This document shows positions 13,369 through 25,609 of a stretch of 64,000 nt of DNA, in pieces (positions within the stretch are counted from its first letter, which is position 1; each line of letters begins with the position of its first letter). Source of the stretch: Ophelia neglecta (taxonomy: Eukaryota). The stretch lies in the NCBI GenBank assembly GCA_965285935.1, contig OZ260665.1, positions 14,756,001 through 14,820,000 of the forward strand, written 5' to 3'. A model generated the notes under the pieces. That model was not told the DNA's origin, did not search any database, and saw only the letters and a program-made list of their open reading frames with translations. The position numbers and the translations under genes are program-made.

Positions 13369-13837
13369 ATATCTACTCTAAGTTGCTTGGAGATACCCAT
13401 TACCCAAAATAAAAAAGCGTATGCATACATACAATTAACGTTAATTCATATGTAGGTGATTTGTAAGATTTATGTTATGGTCTCGAGATAAAATTTAGCT
13501 GAGAGATTGCGTTGTCGGGAAATGAAACCGGAGAGGTAGCTATGAATAGCACCCGCTGGAACAAATGTGTTTTCCCATCTTTGTAACTATTGGCTGAATG
13601 TGTTTGACCACCGAGCATATGCATGCGCAACGGAGACCAATAGGCATACCGGTGTAACAGTTTGGGGAGACCCCTGGAAGGAATGTCTCCCCCGACTACC
13701 GTTTAAAACCCTACCCCCAGCTCGGGAGTCCATTAGTCTTGAAAAACTAGTATTTCAGGTCCTCCGGTCTATGCATTTTACTATCTTTGGGATCCGTTTT
13801 AGAAATTCGGGTGTATTGCTTCATTCGGTTCTAAAAC

Positions 13838-14595
13838 TGTTGTGTTTTTGACTTGGGGATGTTTAGTTGTTAGATGGCGGTCTTCTGTTATAATGACTTG
13901 GAATCAGCTGTGTATGTGCGTTCGTTCTCCGCTTAGTTCTAATGGCGAACTTGCTCGTAATCACTCTGTTCCGACTGTCAGCCTTTTTAGATTATAGCAA
14001 ATCTTGTCCTTCTTGTAACTCTTTGTTTTAATAACAATGTCCATATATCTGGGTTCGTATGTCGTTGTCAGTATCTCAATGCTTGAGATAGTAAATGAAT
14101 CTTCAATCGTTCTCAATTCAATGTTTTATTGTAGTTCTGTAGTCGTCTTAATTAGTTATCTATCCTGAACCCGCACTGACTTATATACCGTTGTCATTGC
14201 GACACCCGCTATTACAAATACAGGCGTGATTCATAGACATGTTGCTAGATAGGTTTCCCCATCTCCGCTATAAAAAGGTAAAGCTCGAGCTATAAATTTC
14301 GTATAGGTCGTCTGACTACTATCTGATCGCCATTAAACCAAACTGACCCCCGACACTTTATAACCTGAGGAGAAGCCTTCTGCACCGTCTGACCCTATCG
14401 TATTGCGAAATGGGCCCAGGCTGGCTCTGGCTTCACCTCCAGCTTTATACCCTGCCGACTATATGTCGATCTCATTATTTTAAATGTGCTAGTGCACCCC
14501 TTGATCCCAGTCCTCATAACATTGATTCAAGCCAGGTTCACTGCTATCTCTTCTTTTCTGAATAAATCTCAAACATTGATAACTGACATACGACA
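13838..14595 (-). repeat. 3' LTR of the Gypsy element (~758 bp)
   Basis: Minus strand: purine-rich AGGGGCAAA then TGTCGTATG at 14595; TATATAA near 14181-14187; AATAAA near 14124-14129; ends ..CACAACA at 13838. The last ~55 bp match 25447-25499. Unit 2 copy at 46067-46824. Confidence 0.7.
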
Positions 14596-16713
14596 TTTGC
14601 CCCTGGAAATTTAAAAAAAATTACCTATAATTTTTTTTTTCTCATTGCTTCACGACTCCACACAGCTTCTTCCAACCATTACCTTCTGTAATTAATGTCT
14701 TAAATTCTTTCTTCATTAATTAAGGGCATTTCATGCATTAATATCATTATCGAATCTCAAAGCTTCTCGAACACCATGCAATATTCTAATTAGAATATAA
14801 AAATATTCCTTCACTGCTTCTAGAATGAGCCGTTATCTAAATTTACATGCAAATTAACAATCATATATGTCATATAAATGATCTCTACTAAATTTCTAAA
14901 GCTATCTTTATAAATTCTAATGCAATTTTATAATCGTATATTATCCTTTCAATATCTAACAGGCTCATTATCATTTCTTTATTATCATGCGTATATTCAT
15001 CTAAATTTATCATGCTTATAACTATTTTAACTATTTACCATTCATATGATAATCTAAATATCATCATTTATATACTATAACTACAGTATAATTATTTTAT
15101 CGCGGTTCAGTACTCAGTTTCCAGAACTAGTACTTTTTTCATTTTAATTGTTCATTATTCCATTAGTCAATTTCATAAATCCTTTATGTCGTTTTTTCCG
15201 TATTCTTTTCCAATCGTTCATGAAGCCTCTTCTAAAAGTTCCTCATGCCGCTGCTCCTGCTTGGCTTATGGTGGTAATCAGCTTCAGAAGTGCTGAAGAA
15301 CAACAACATATTATATCATGTAAACTGGTGCATAGAATATGATTGGTTTTACACGAGAACGGAACATACCTTGTGTTCACCTTAATCTAGTCATGAAATG
15401 TCGCCATCCAGGTATCTGAGCAAACACAACTGTTGTTGTATTCACTATACCCATCACTGCGATCATTTTCTAGGACATTTTAACATTGCACTATCTTTAC
15501 CCTTTTCATCTCGGATGTTCTTCTGGGAAATGATTTTATACCTAATTCAACCATAACACGACTCAACTCAATTTACTATGGAAATCAGTTATTCAGGCGA
15601 CTTTTAGATGTTGTTACTACTTACTCATTTAATCTCTAGTGTAGGTACTCTAGGTATTTGGTGTAAATTGTCCTCCAAAGTTGCTCGCCTTTTGTTCTTT
15701 GACGTACCTACTCTTTTCGGCTGTCTAGTTACTGCCAAATTTGCCATTGGTAATAAGTATTTATTAAGATTAAAGTCGGGTACTGTGTTCGGAGAGTTTA
15801 GTATTTTCCATATGCTGTCATATCATGCCCATATTCCTTGAACACAGCCTTCAAACTTTTTTTTTGAAAATTTACTCCAATATTAGACGTACCTACTACC
15901 ACTGTATAACGAAGCTTCGCCCTGGATAGTGTGGTCCCTAACCAGAAAATCTAACCGCGCATTCAGTTTTTTGCTGCCTTGTACTTGTAAGTTTTGAATG
16001 ATACTTCTGAAAGATCCGGCACATCTATTGCACAATATTCGCGACGTATCGCGCAATGTCCTGTCTAACCCTCCACGACTCTACATTCATAAGTTCGTTC
16101 TATTTTCGTTTCCGTACATTTCACTAGGCAGAATTAATTTTAGAGAACAGACTTATTTCAACAAACCATCAATACTTTGAATTTGTGTAAATTTCTAAGC
16201 TCATACCGGCTTACTTTATCTTTCCCGATATTATATCTTATTATTTGCCGTTGTACTTGATCTAATTGAACAACTACAATTAACTAATGTAGGCTTCGCT
16301 TTTCTCAATTCTATTTCCACTATTGAGTTATTTTTAGTATTCCAAGCAACATATCCATTTTTATTTACAAGGGAAATGTTGCAATATGTCCACTATTATT
16401 TTGTTTCTATGTTTCATTTTCTCCTCCTCTCTTAACCTTTTTACGATATTTGTTTTGATTAATGTTACCAACATTAATCAACTATATCCATTAAGCACTG
16501 TCGGCACTGGTCTGTTTTAATATGCTTCTACTATAAAACTTTTTCTTTTTGTTATTTTACTCGGACGGTCTCGATTGTCCATTCAATAATCTTCCCGGAT
16601 GACAATTATACTTTTGTTTTTGTTCTTTATTATTTCTACTTTATTTTTTAATACCTTTTGCTCCCCGTTTTCGTTCGATTGGAGCCAAAAATTATTTTGA
16701 CACTAATTGACAT

Positions 16714-19700
16714 TTGACACTAATGCCCCTCAGCACCAGCTGGGTCCGAGGATGAAGGCTCCGACTCTAGCTCAGATCTTCAGTGCGGCCAGATCCCACA
16801 ATCACAGTCACCAGAGGCTACCGAGAACAAAGTGGACGAGGAGCCTGAGGCCACTCCTCCTCAGGAACCTGATCCACAGCCTTCAGTTCAAACCACACCA
16901 ACAACGTCATCCCAGGAAGACGGTACTCTGGGAGACATGGGGGAGAAAAAAACAAAACTACGAACAACCAAAACTACGAGAAAATCAAATCAGACCTCAA
17001 AGCAGTACACGATGGAGGATTTTCTTACTCCAAAAACTGCTGAAAAACGAAAGGACGGTATAACACCCCCTGAGAGAGGGAATGACAAAAAAGAACGGGT
17101 AGGAGATGGATAGCAAGGAAAAACACAGTCACAGAAATGAACACCGCGGTAACGAACCCTATTTTTTGAAAAAGAAACCACAAGTTAACTAATGCTTTCT
17201 TTTGTTTCTGCTAGATCGAAAACAGCCTGAAGCTACTAACTTTAAATGTTAGAGGGCTAAAGAAGAAAATTGAAAGAAAGGCACTTTTTACAAAATTTAA
17301 AACTCTAAATGCTGATATACTATTATTGCAAGAAACACATGTTACTAAAGAAACTATTGAATTATGGAAGCTAGAGTGGGGTGGCGAAATAATTTACCTC
17401 CAAGGCACAAACAATAGTGGGGGAGAATTAATATTAATGAACAAAGACTTTAATTTTTCAAATTTAAATACAATTTATTGCGAAAACAACATTATAGCTT
17501 TATCTTTCAATCATAACTACGAACATTTTATCATTGTTAATATATATGCCCCTTCAAAAAGTAAAGAGAAGATAAGTTACTTTAAAAGAATGGAAGGAAT
17601 ATTAAATAACATTGCTGAAGCCTATCCAAACTGTCTGTTAATAGTAGGCGGAGACTTCAATTGTGTACACCAGCCACATTTAGATAATCTTGGGGGCAAA
17701 GATCACGAGTCAAAAGAGGTTCAAGCACTTTGTAATGCTACTATGTCTATAAATGATTTATGGCGATTGATGCACTACCAAGAAAAAGACTTTACTTGGC
17801 GTCATAAATCTGAGCCAATTCTGCGAAGAATTGAATACCTATTTGTTAACGACGCAGTCATGGCAATTTCTTCGGAAATTGATCATGTTGATATCTCTTT
17901 TACCGATCACAAAGCAGTAGTTTTAGTATGTGGTAACGAAACTTCCACAAGAGGAAAATCATATTGGAAGCTCAATAACGCTATCCTTAGAGAAATGGAA
18001 TATGTCAGCATGGTTAATAGTGTTATCGACAGCATTCTTTTAAAATATAAAAACACTTTGGCCGCAAATATTATATGGGAAATTGTTAAAATAGAAGTTA
18101 GAATCAATTCTCTCAATTATTGTAAAAAGAGAGCAAAAAAGAGAAGAGAAGAACTGCTAAATTTAGAAAGAAAATTATGAGAAATAAATGAACTACTTGT
18201 CCAGAAACCTGCGGAAAATATAGCTCAGTGTATAAAAAATATCAAAACAAAAATTGAAATAGTAGAAATAGAAAAAGTCAAAGGAGCCCAGCTTCGTAGC
18301 AAAGTACAGTGGATAGAACAAGGTGAAAAAAATACCAAGTTCTTTCTTTGTCTTGAAAGGGCAAAATCAGCAAAAAATGCAATAAAAATATTGCACACTG
18401 AGAGTGGGGTAAATTAAACAAGTGAATACGACATCTTGTTAGAAATACGTAAATATTACTCAACCCTGTATCAACAAAATATAATATTCGATGAGGACAA
18501 ATTAAAAAATTTTGTTGGTAATGTTAAGATTCCTCAGCTTAACTTGAGTGACAATTTATCATGTGAAGGCCGTTTAACAGTGGCCGAGTGCGCCGCGGCC
18601 CTAAAAGACATGAAAAATGATTCTAGTCCGGGAATAGACGGGATCACATCCGCCTGGTACAAAGTCTTCTGGTCAAGAATCAAGTATCTACTAACTGATG
18701 CTTTAAATAGAGGCTATGAAGCTGAAAGTTTATCAAACACCCAGCGCCAAAGTATCATAACTCTGCATTTTAAAGGCAAGGGAGCCCCTAAAGAGTATCT
18801 GGCAAATTGGCGTCCAATTAGTCTTAGCACCACAGACTATAAAATAGCTTCAAAGGCCATAGCTACGCGAATATCAAAATAATATATAAGTTGGTTTCTA
18901 AAGATCAAAATGGCTACATAAGGGGCCGGTCTGCCAGTGAAATTATAAGGGCCCTTGATGACCTCATGGAATATCTAGATACTAATGAGCTCCCGGGAAT
19001 TCTTATTGCTATCGACTTTAAAAAGGCTTTTGACAGTATTTCGCGTGAGTTTATGATGAAATGCCTAAGGAAATATAATTTTGGCCCAGACTTACAAAAC
19101 TGGGTAAAAACTCTGCTCAGCATGAATGAAGCTAGGGTTAAATTCCCTCTTAGTAGAGGCATAAGGCAAGGATGCCCTTTGTCTCCTTTAGTATTTATCT
19201 TGGCATTAGAGGTTTTTTTCGCTAGAGTTAAAAGCCGACAACCGCATTTAAGGAATAAAAATACCAAACGGAACCCCAGTTGATACAGAAATAAAGCTTT
19301 TACAGTTTGCTGATGACAGCACCGGGCTATTACAGGACTCAGACTCCTTGCAACTTTTCCTAAAACTAATTAATTTATTCTATAGTATATCTGGTCTTCA
19401 GTTGAATAAGTCGAAAACAGAAACTCTTTGGCTGGTGTGCTGGAAGTACCGTCGAAAAGAATTGTTCGGCCTTAAATGGAATATCTACCCAAAAAAACAA
19501 AGTTAAAATATTGGGAATTACAATTTGTAGTGATAAAAGGGCGAATACTCTCGAGGAAAACTGGCTACCCAAGATTGTATTATGTGAAAATTTGATAAGC
19601 CAATGGTTAAAGCGCAAACTTACGCTCCCAGGGAAAATTATTATCAAAAAAATTTTTCTTTCATCGCAATTTACATATTTAATGCAAAGCTTAATCTTAC

Positions 19701-21154
19701 CAGACCAAGTTCTGGTCAATTTAAATTCCTTACTGTATAATTTTCTTTGGTGTAAAGAGTCGGCCAAGTTAAAAAATACTACTGAACGAGTCAAACGAAA
19801 TATAGTCATCCAAGATATACATAGTGGTGGCTTATCTATGGTTGATATGCAAATTATCCAGTTACAGATGTTATTTAAATGGATTTCGCGACTTATCAAT
19901 GGGGACGGGGGAAGCTGGAGGTGTATTCCAACTAGTTATTACAATAAATTGGGGAAGGATTTTAGTGTTTTCCAAAGTAACGCAACCAGTAGAGTTTTCA
20001 AAGGTATGAAGGAAAAACCACGTTTCTGGAATGATTTGTTAATACAGTGGCTTGATATAAGTTGTAAGGTTAATCCGGGTCGGCAAAGCGAAGTTTTGTT
20101 CAACAATATCAGTATTGTATATAGACATAAACCAGTTTTCTTGTCGCGTTGGATAAAAAGTGGTATTGTATGGGCCAGCAACGTCATGGTAGAGGGTCGA
20201 TTCGCAGATGTTGTTGCGTTTAATACTTTGGGTCATACTCCTAGAACAGTCTGGGAGGCAAATATTGTTAGAAATGCTTTGTGTGCCAAAAATATTAAGT
20301 CAATAGCAGAGACTATTGGAAACAGAAATGTAATGTTATCCCATTTAAATATGTCAAAATGTACGTCGAAGGATGTAAAGCAACAGTTGATTCTGTCAAA
20401 ATATAATGCAGATGAATATCCTCAGTATTGGACGTCTAAATTTGGCGACCTAGTTTTAAAATCCTATGGTAGTGCATACAATGTAACAAATCAAGAGGCA
20501 AGATTGATTGACTTGCACTGGAAAATACTAATCTGTATATATCCTACAAATATTTTGTTATATAAGATTGGTAGGAGGGATAGTAATTTATGTGAAGCCT
20601 GTAAAGTAATTGACACCTATGAACACTTTTTTTATGACTGCAACTTAATTAGAAAGTTGTGGACCTGGGTGGAAACTGATATTGTGAACCAGTTCCATCA
20701 ACCCTGTAAGATAAACCTACAAGATGCTATATTGGGAATAATAGGCGGGCACAAACTGTCTAATAATCTTATATTAATAGCCAAGCTATGTATCTCAAAA
20801 TTTAAGTACGGCAGGCAATTTAATCCACAACTTGATTTATTATACTGTCGAGAAAAAAGGATAAGAGGTCACTATTTTTGAAATATGATGTAAATGTATA
20901 TGCATATAAAAATATGGTCACTGATGATACCCGTATTATACAGAAATGATTTTCCAGCCATTCTGTAAAAATAGAATGCAGCTCAATTGGATAGATGGTA
21001 CTATGTATGCATGTTTACATGTATATGTGTCTGGAAATGTCTAGACATGCAGGTTAATGGTCAATGGGACTTGTTCAATAGGGCTACACGATTTATTGTA
21101 TAATGTTGTGTATCAATTAAAAAAATATATATAAAAGAAAAAAACAAAAAAAAA
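16714..21154 (+). mobile_element. 5'-truncated L1/Tx1-clade LINE inserted antisense into the Gypsy element
   Basis: TSD ACTAATTGACAT (16702-16713 / 21155-21166); A-rich tail ~21119-21155; ORF1 C-terminal remnant ending 17113; ORF2 follows. Confidence 0.93.
17191..20881 (+). pseudogene. LINE ORF2 (AP endonuclease - reverse transcriptase - CCHC zinc knuckle), disrupted
   Basis: TLNVRGL, LQETH, NIYAP, GGDFN, TDH, WKLN; SPGIDG, NWRPISL, DFKKAFD, GIRQGCPLSP, QFADD; CEAC..DTYEHFFYDC. Several stops and frameshifts. Confidence 0.93.
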
Positions 21155-24100
21155 ACTAATTGACATAAATTATTATTTATTAATGCAAAAATTTCCGGTT
21201 ATATATGTGATTCCTTTAGCAGTTGACTTAAGCTGTCCTTACCAATTACTCACTTAGCAGAGTCGACCCGCTTCTATACCAGTCAGATCAAATCATCTGT
21301 TCTGAATTTAACTGGTCAGATCCAGTGCCTGTCTGTACCTTAATTGATATGTCTGCCCTATTTATTATCTACAGCTGACTTATAGCCTGACCTTACGCCA
21401 TCTATGTAGATGTTTAGCTAGCTCGTCCGGCTTAAATGGCACATTAATCATGTCATTATCGTTAGTTGGTTCTGCCTGCTCCGAAATTTTCGGTAAGCAG
21501 GTCAACTCGACTGAGATTTCGACACTCACTATTTCCCGTTCTTCTGTATAACCACTTCTTGCTTTATCTTGTTTGTGTTAGTTTTATTATGTCCCGTATT
21601 CCTGTTTTTCTTGGTTTTGTTATTAGTGTCTAACCTATCATTTTTATTTCTTGGTCTAGGTATTGGTATTGTTAATTTCTTTGATTGTGCTCTAGTCATA
21701 ACTGCTAATACCTCCTGTTTCTTTTCTTTGTTTAAAGTTCAACGTTAGTCTGCTGGTTTCTTTAAAATTTCCATTTCATTTTCTGCTGCTTGTACTGCAA
21801 ATATATCTGGAATCCCTCTATTTATTTGATTTAATTTCACTTTCTGTATTTCATTAAACTCCGGAAAATTTTCTAAATCTGTGTCAGCCTGTGTCCTGTC
21901 AAATGTAAATTCGCTTCTAGATATAATATCTTGCATTGTTAATTTACCTGTTTTTCCACTTCTATGATGAAATGTAAATCTATAATCTTGTATTGCCAAA
22001 ACATATCTCTCAAGCTGTGATTTTCCTAAATTTTTAATAGACAAAAGATATTTTAATGCCATGTGATCCGAAATGAGGTCAAAAGGTTCGCCTCGAAGAT
22101 ATTCCTTTAATTCTAATATTTTCCATACTATTATTGCAAATACATACATTGTCTTAGTTGATTGTTCTCATCATATTGGCTAACACAAGCCCCTATGGCA
22201 TTGTTACTTGCGTCTATGGCTACCACAAATCTTGCGTTATAATCAATATGTTTTAAACCTGGTGCTGTGCTCAATTTCTCTTTTATTGTTTTGAATGCTT
22301 CATCTGCTTCTTTTGTCCATTCAAATTTTGCCTTTCCGTGTACTGTTGCATTGTAAAATGGCTTTGCTATATCCGAAAATGACTGTATGTGTTTGCAATA
22401 AAAACTTGCGGCTCCTTTTATTCTTTTCACCTGTCTTTTTGATTTTGGGATAGGCATGTTACGTATTGCTGCTACTTTATCAAATTTCGGTGAGTACCTT
22501 CTTTTTCAATGAATGTCCGAGAAATACGATCTCATTGGTCGCTATTTCACATTTCCTTCTATTCAGTGTTAATCCCGCCTTGCTTTTTATTTCTAAAACT
22601 CTTTCTTAATGTTCACAATCTGTTTTTGGGCAATTGTTATATAGTTTAATATCAATATGTCAATATATGCTAATACTGATAAGTCCCTTTCATTTCGAAA
22701 TAGTTTGTCCATCATTGATTAAAATATTCGAGGACTATTTGAAAAACCTTTAGGCAATTTTGTATATTCTAAAGATCCGAATGTTTATGTCAAAAATGCT
22801 GTATACTTTCCTATCTGATGAAAAGTCTTATTCAAGTCCACACAAGTAAATATTGTTGGTTTGTTTGCCCCCACTTTTTCTATGCAATCCCCTAAATGTG
22901 GTATTCTCATTGCTAATGGTATCACCTGTGCATTCAAATGCCGTAAATCGACGCACAAACGTATTTTTCCCGGATTATCTTGTTTCCCAATTGCTATTAA
23001 TCTTGATGCCCATTCCGATGTACTTTCCTGCAAAATGCCCTCATCAATTAGCGCTTTTAGCTGTTCATCTACTTTCTCCCGCGTTTTCGGATTTAATCTA
23101 TATGGCATGTGACAAATTGGTGTAGCAGTTGGTTTTAATTCTATTTTATGTTCTGTCATTATTGTTAGACATTATTTGGGATCCTCAGATGGGAATAAAT
23201 GTTCATGTTTTAGCATCACATTTTTAAACTTGTTTTCCCATGCTTGTGTTAAATCTGAAATTTTAATTTCTGATGAAAGGATACATTTAGTATTATTATT
23301 CTACTGTGTTATGACATTTTTTTCTGTTGTTCGCTTTGTATTAGTATTGTGGTTCTTTATGTTTCCAATGTTATTGTTAGTTCTTTTTTCTACTTGTGAA
23401 ATACGATGTATACTACCTCGTACCTCATCATTTGAGTCTGTTATTGGTTGACTTATATGAATATCATCATTCCATGGTCTAAATATCCCTGTTCATTTTT
23501 CCTGATTTTCAAGTGTCTAGTTCCCGTATTCATTATACGTACAAGCATAAGTCCAGCTTTTGCCGTAACAGCTTATTTTGCTACTAGCCCACCTTTCATC
23601 ATTAGAGAGTTCCTACCCTCTATATCACCTAGTAAACCAGCCATGTTGCCATGACAACCTTTTAGCAACACTGCCCTACATATGATCTTTTTCCGAAAGT
23701 CAGCGAAATGTTTTATTTATAGAGAAAGTCAACGCCTAGAATTAAACAAATAAGATTGCCTATTTGAATACTTAATGAAATTTGTCCCATCACTTTTGCA
23801 TTTTTCCCATTGCCCACTTGCAATTTATAATCATGAAATATTCTGATCTTGTGTGTCAACCCCAACTTCTTAAAGTAAGCATATGACACTACAGAGTAAC
23901 TTGCTTCTGAATCTACCAATACTCCCCTTTTTTGTTTACATCTATAAGATAAATTGGTAACACTGGACACTTGTAATTTTTCCTATCTGTGTATTTATTT
24001 ATTCGCTAGGGGATCCCCCTCCGCAAAATTTCTGCTCAATTCTGTTATTAACACGCCTGTCTTGACTTCTATGGGTTACCATTTTATCGCCACTTGTCAA

Positions 24101-25423
24101 CCTCAGTCTACAAGCCAATTGAATATGTTTTCGTCCTTTACAGTAATGGCAAATTACGTTTACATCGTTAAATCTGCAATTATCTATGTTATGGGCTGTC
24201 GATGCAGAAGTTCTACACTGCGGCTTGGCTCGCTGCCCACTAATTGGCCCTCTACTTGAGTCCGGTCCGTAATTATGATAACCGTACCCCTGGCTAGGCC
24301 TAATCTGCTGCTGACCCGATCTGACTTATTGTTTCTGCTTATTTCAATATAATTTATCTAGAATATCTCTTAGAGAGACATTATGACTAGAAAAATTGTG
24401 AACTTGCGTGTTTTGTCCGCTCTCGCCACGTAATCTGTTGTCTATGCCTTCTTTTCTCTCTGCTCGCTTTTGCGCATCTTCTATTGTATTTAAATCTTCT
24501 TTTTCGCACACGTATACTTGCACCGAAGGTTGTAGTCCCCGTACACAGTATTTCGCGTTTGCCAATCACTCAAGACTGTTAGATGAAGACGTCTCCTCAT
24601 ATCGCCACTATATGATCCCACTGATTCGTCTCGCATCTATATTCTATCTAACAGTTCACTCTCGTTCAACATATTCCGACTTTCCGGACCATATTGTTGT
24701 AAGAATGTCCTGCTGAATTTGAGTGTGTCCTTTCTTTCTTCCGGTAAATTCCTTTACCAAGTTTTTACTTTAGGACCCAACAACCATGGAACCATCTGTA
24801 GTTTGCGTTCCTCATTCCACCTATTGAAGTCCCCATAGTCGTTCAAATTGTCGAAAAACTCCTTCGCAATTTCTAATTTTTCGCCGTTATATGGTTTGGG
24901 AGCTAACCCGGATAGCGCCGTGTCGTCGGATCTGTTCCTGTTGCTCTCCGCTATTATCTGCATATTGTCTCTGTTTCAAATAACAATTCTGCCGAAAATG
25001 TGTCATTAGTCGTATTTCTTGGTGTTTCCGTGGATTGATAGGTAAATCTTCTTGGCTGTCCTAATGGATCTAAATACATATCATCCTCCATGAATCCCTG
25101 GCCATCGGAGCTTTTCGAACTCTCTTCCCAGCCGGATGTCTGAAAGCCCTCGCCATTAAATCGTGCTCAGTAACCCAATTGGAACCCGTGTTACTCATTT
25201 TCACACAAGGGAATAAACCCTCTGATCGTTTCTTTGTCCTCCCTCAGCTGTTTAGCCAGATGCTATCGAGCCTTGCCACGGTAATTGCGGCGTATTAGCT
25301 TCCGGCGTCCCGGCGTCCCATGCCAAGGTGGTCTCCTGATGTTATCGTCCGTTCATCAACGGTTGTTTTTTTGATGTTTATATATAAAATGTACTGAGCT
25401 CGTTTTCTCCGATCCTTCTCTAC

Positions 25424-25499
25424 TCGATTCCGCAACTCCAAACATATGTTGTTGTTTTTGACTTGGGGATATTTAGTTGTTTGATGGCGGTCTTCTGTT
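25424..25499 (-). promoter_or_regulatory. Truncated 5' LTR stub plus candidate primer-binding site
   Basis: ~53-bp LTR end (25447-25499) followed on the minus strand by TGGAGTTGCGGAATCGA, resembling the complement of a tRNA-Ala 3' end. Unit 2 copy at ~57302-57377. Confidence 0.55.
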
Positions 25500-25609
25500 G
25501 TTAGTTAACCACCACTAGAATGCTGTTGCAGTACTCGCTGTATTGAGTGAGTCTAACTTAGACTCTAATTTGTGAGAGGTATGTTTACACAGTGTGTAAA
25601 CGTACAGTA

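Larger units (their letters stand above)
13838..25499 (-). mobile_element. Decayed Ty3/Gypsy LTR retrotransposon (gag-PR-RT-RNase H, integrase deleted, probable env remnant), interrupted by a LINE
   Basis: Gag fragments 24344-24963; protease LVDSEAS..ILGVDFL 23713-23970; RT HKIEL..PYRL..IRLCVDLRHLN 22785-23159; RNase H DASNNAIGA..SDHMALKYL 21745-22457. Shared LTR end sequence at 13838 and 25447. Confidence 0.9.

Noticed and set aside
13610-13775. GGGGAGAC...GTCTCCCC hairpin and GC-rich patch as ncRNA or promoter
   Set aside because: Short stem with no tRNA/snRNA features; insufficient evidence.
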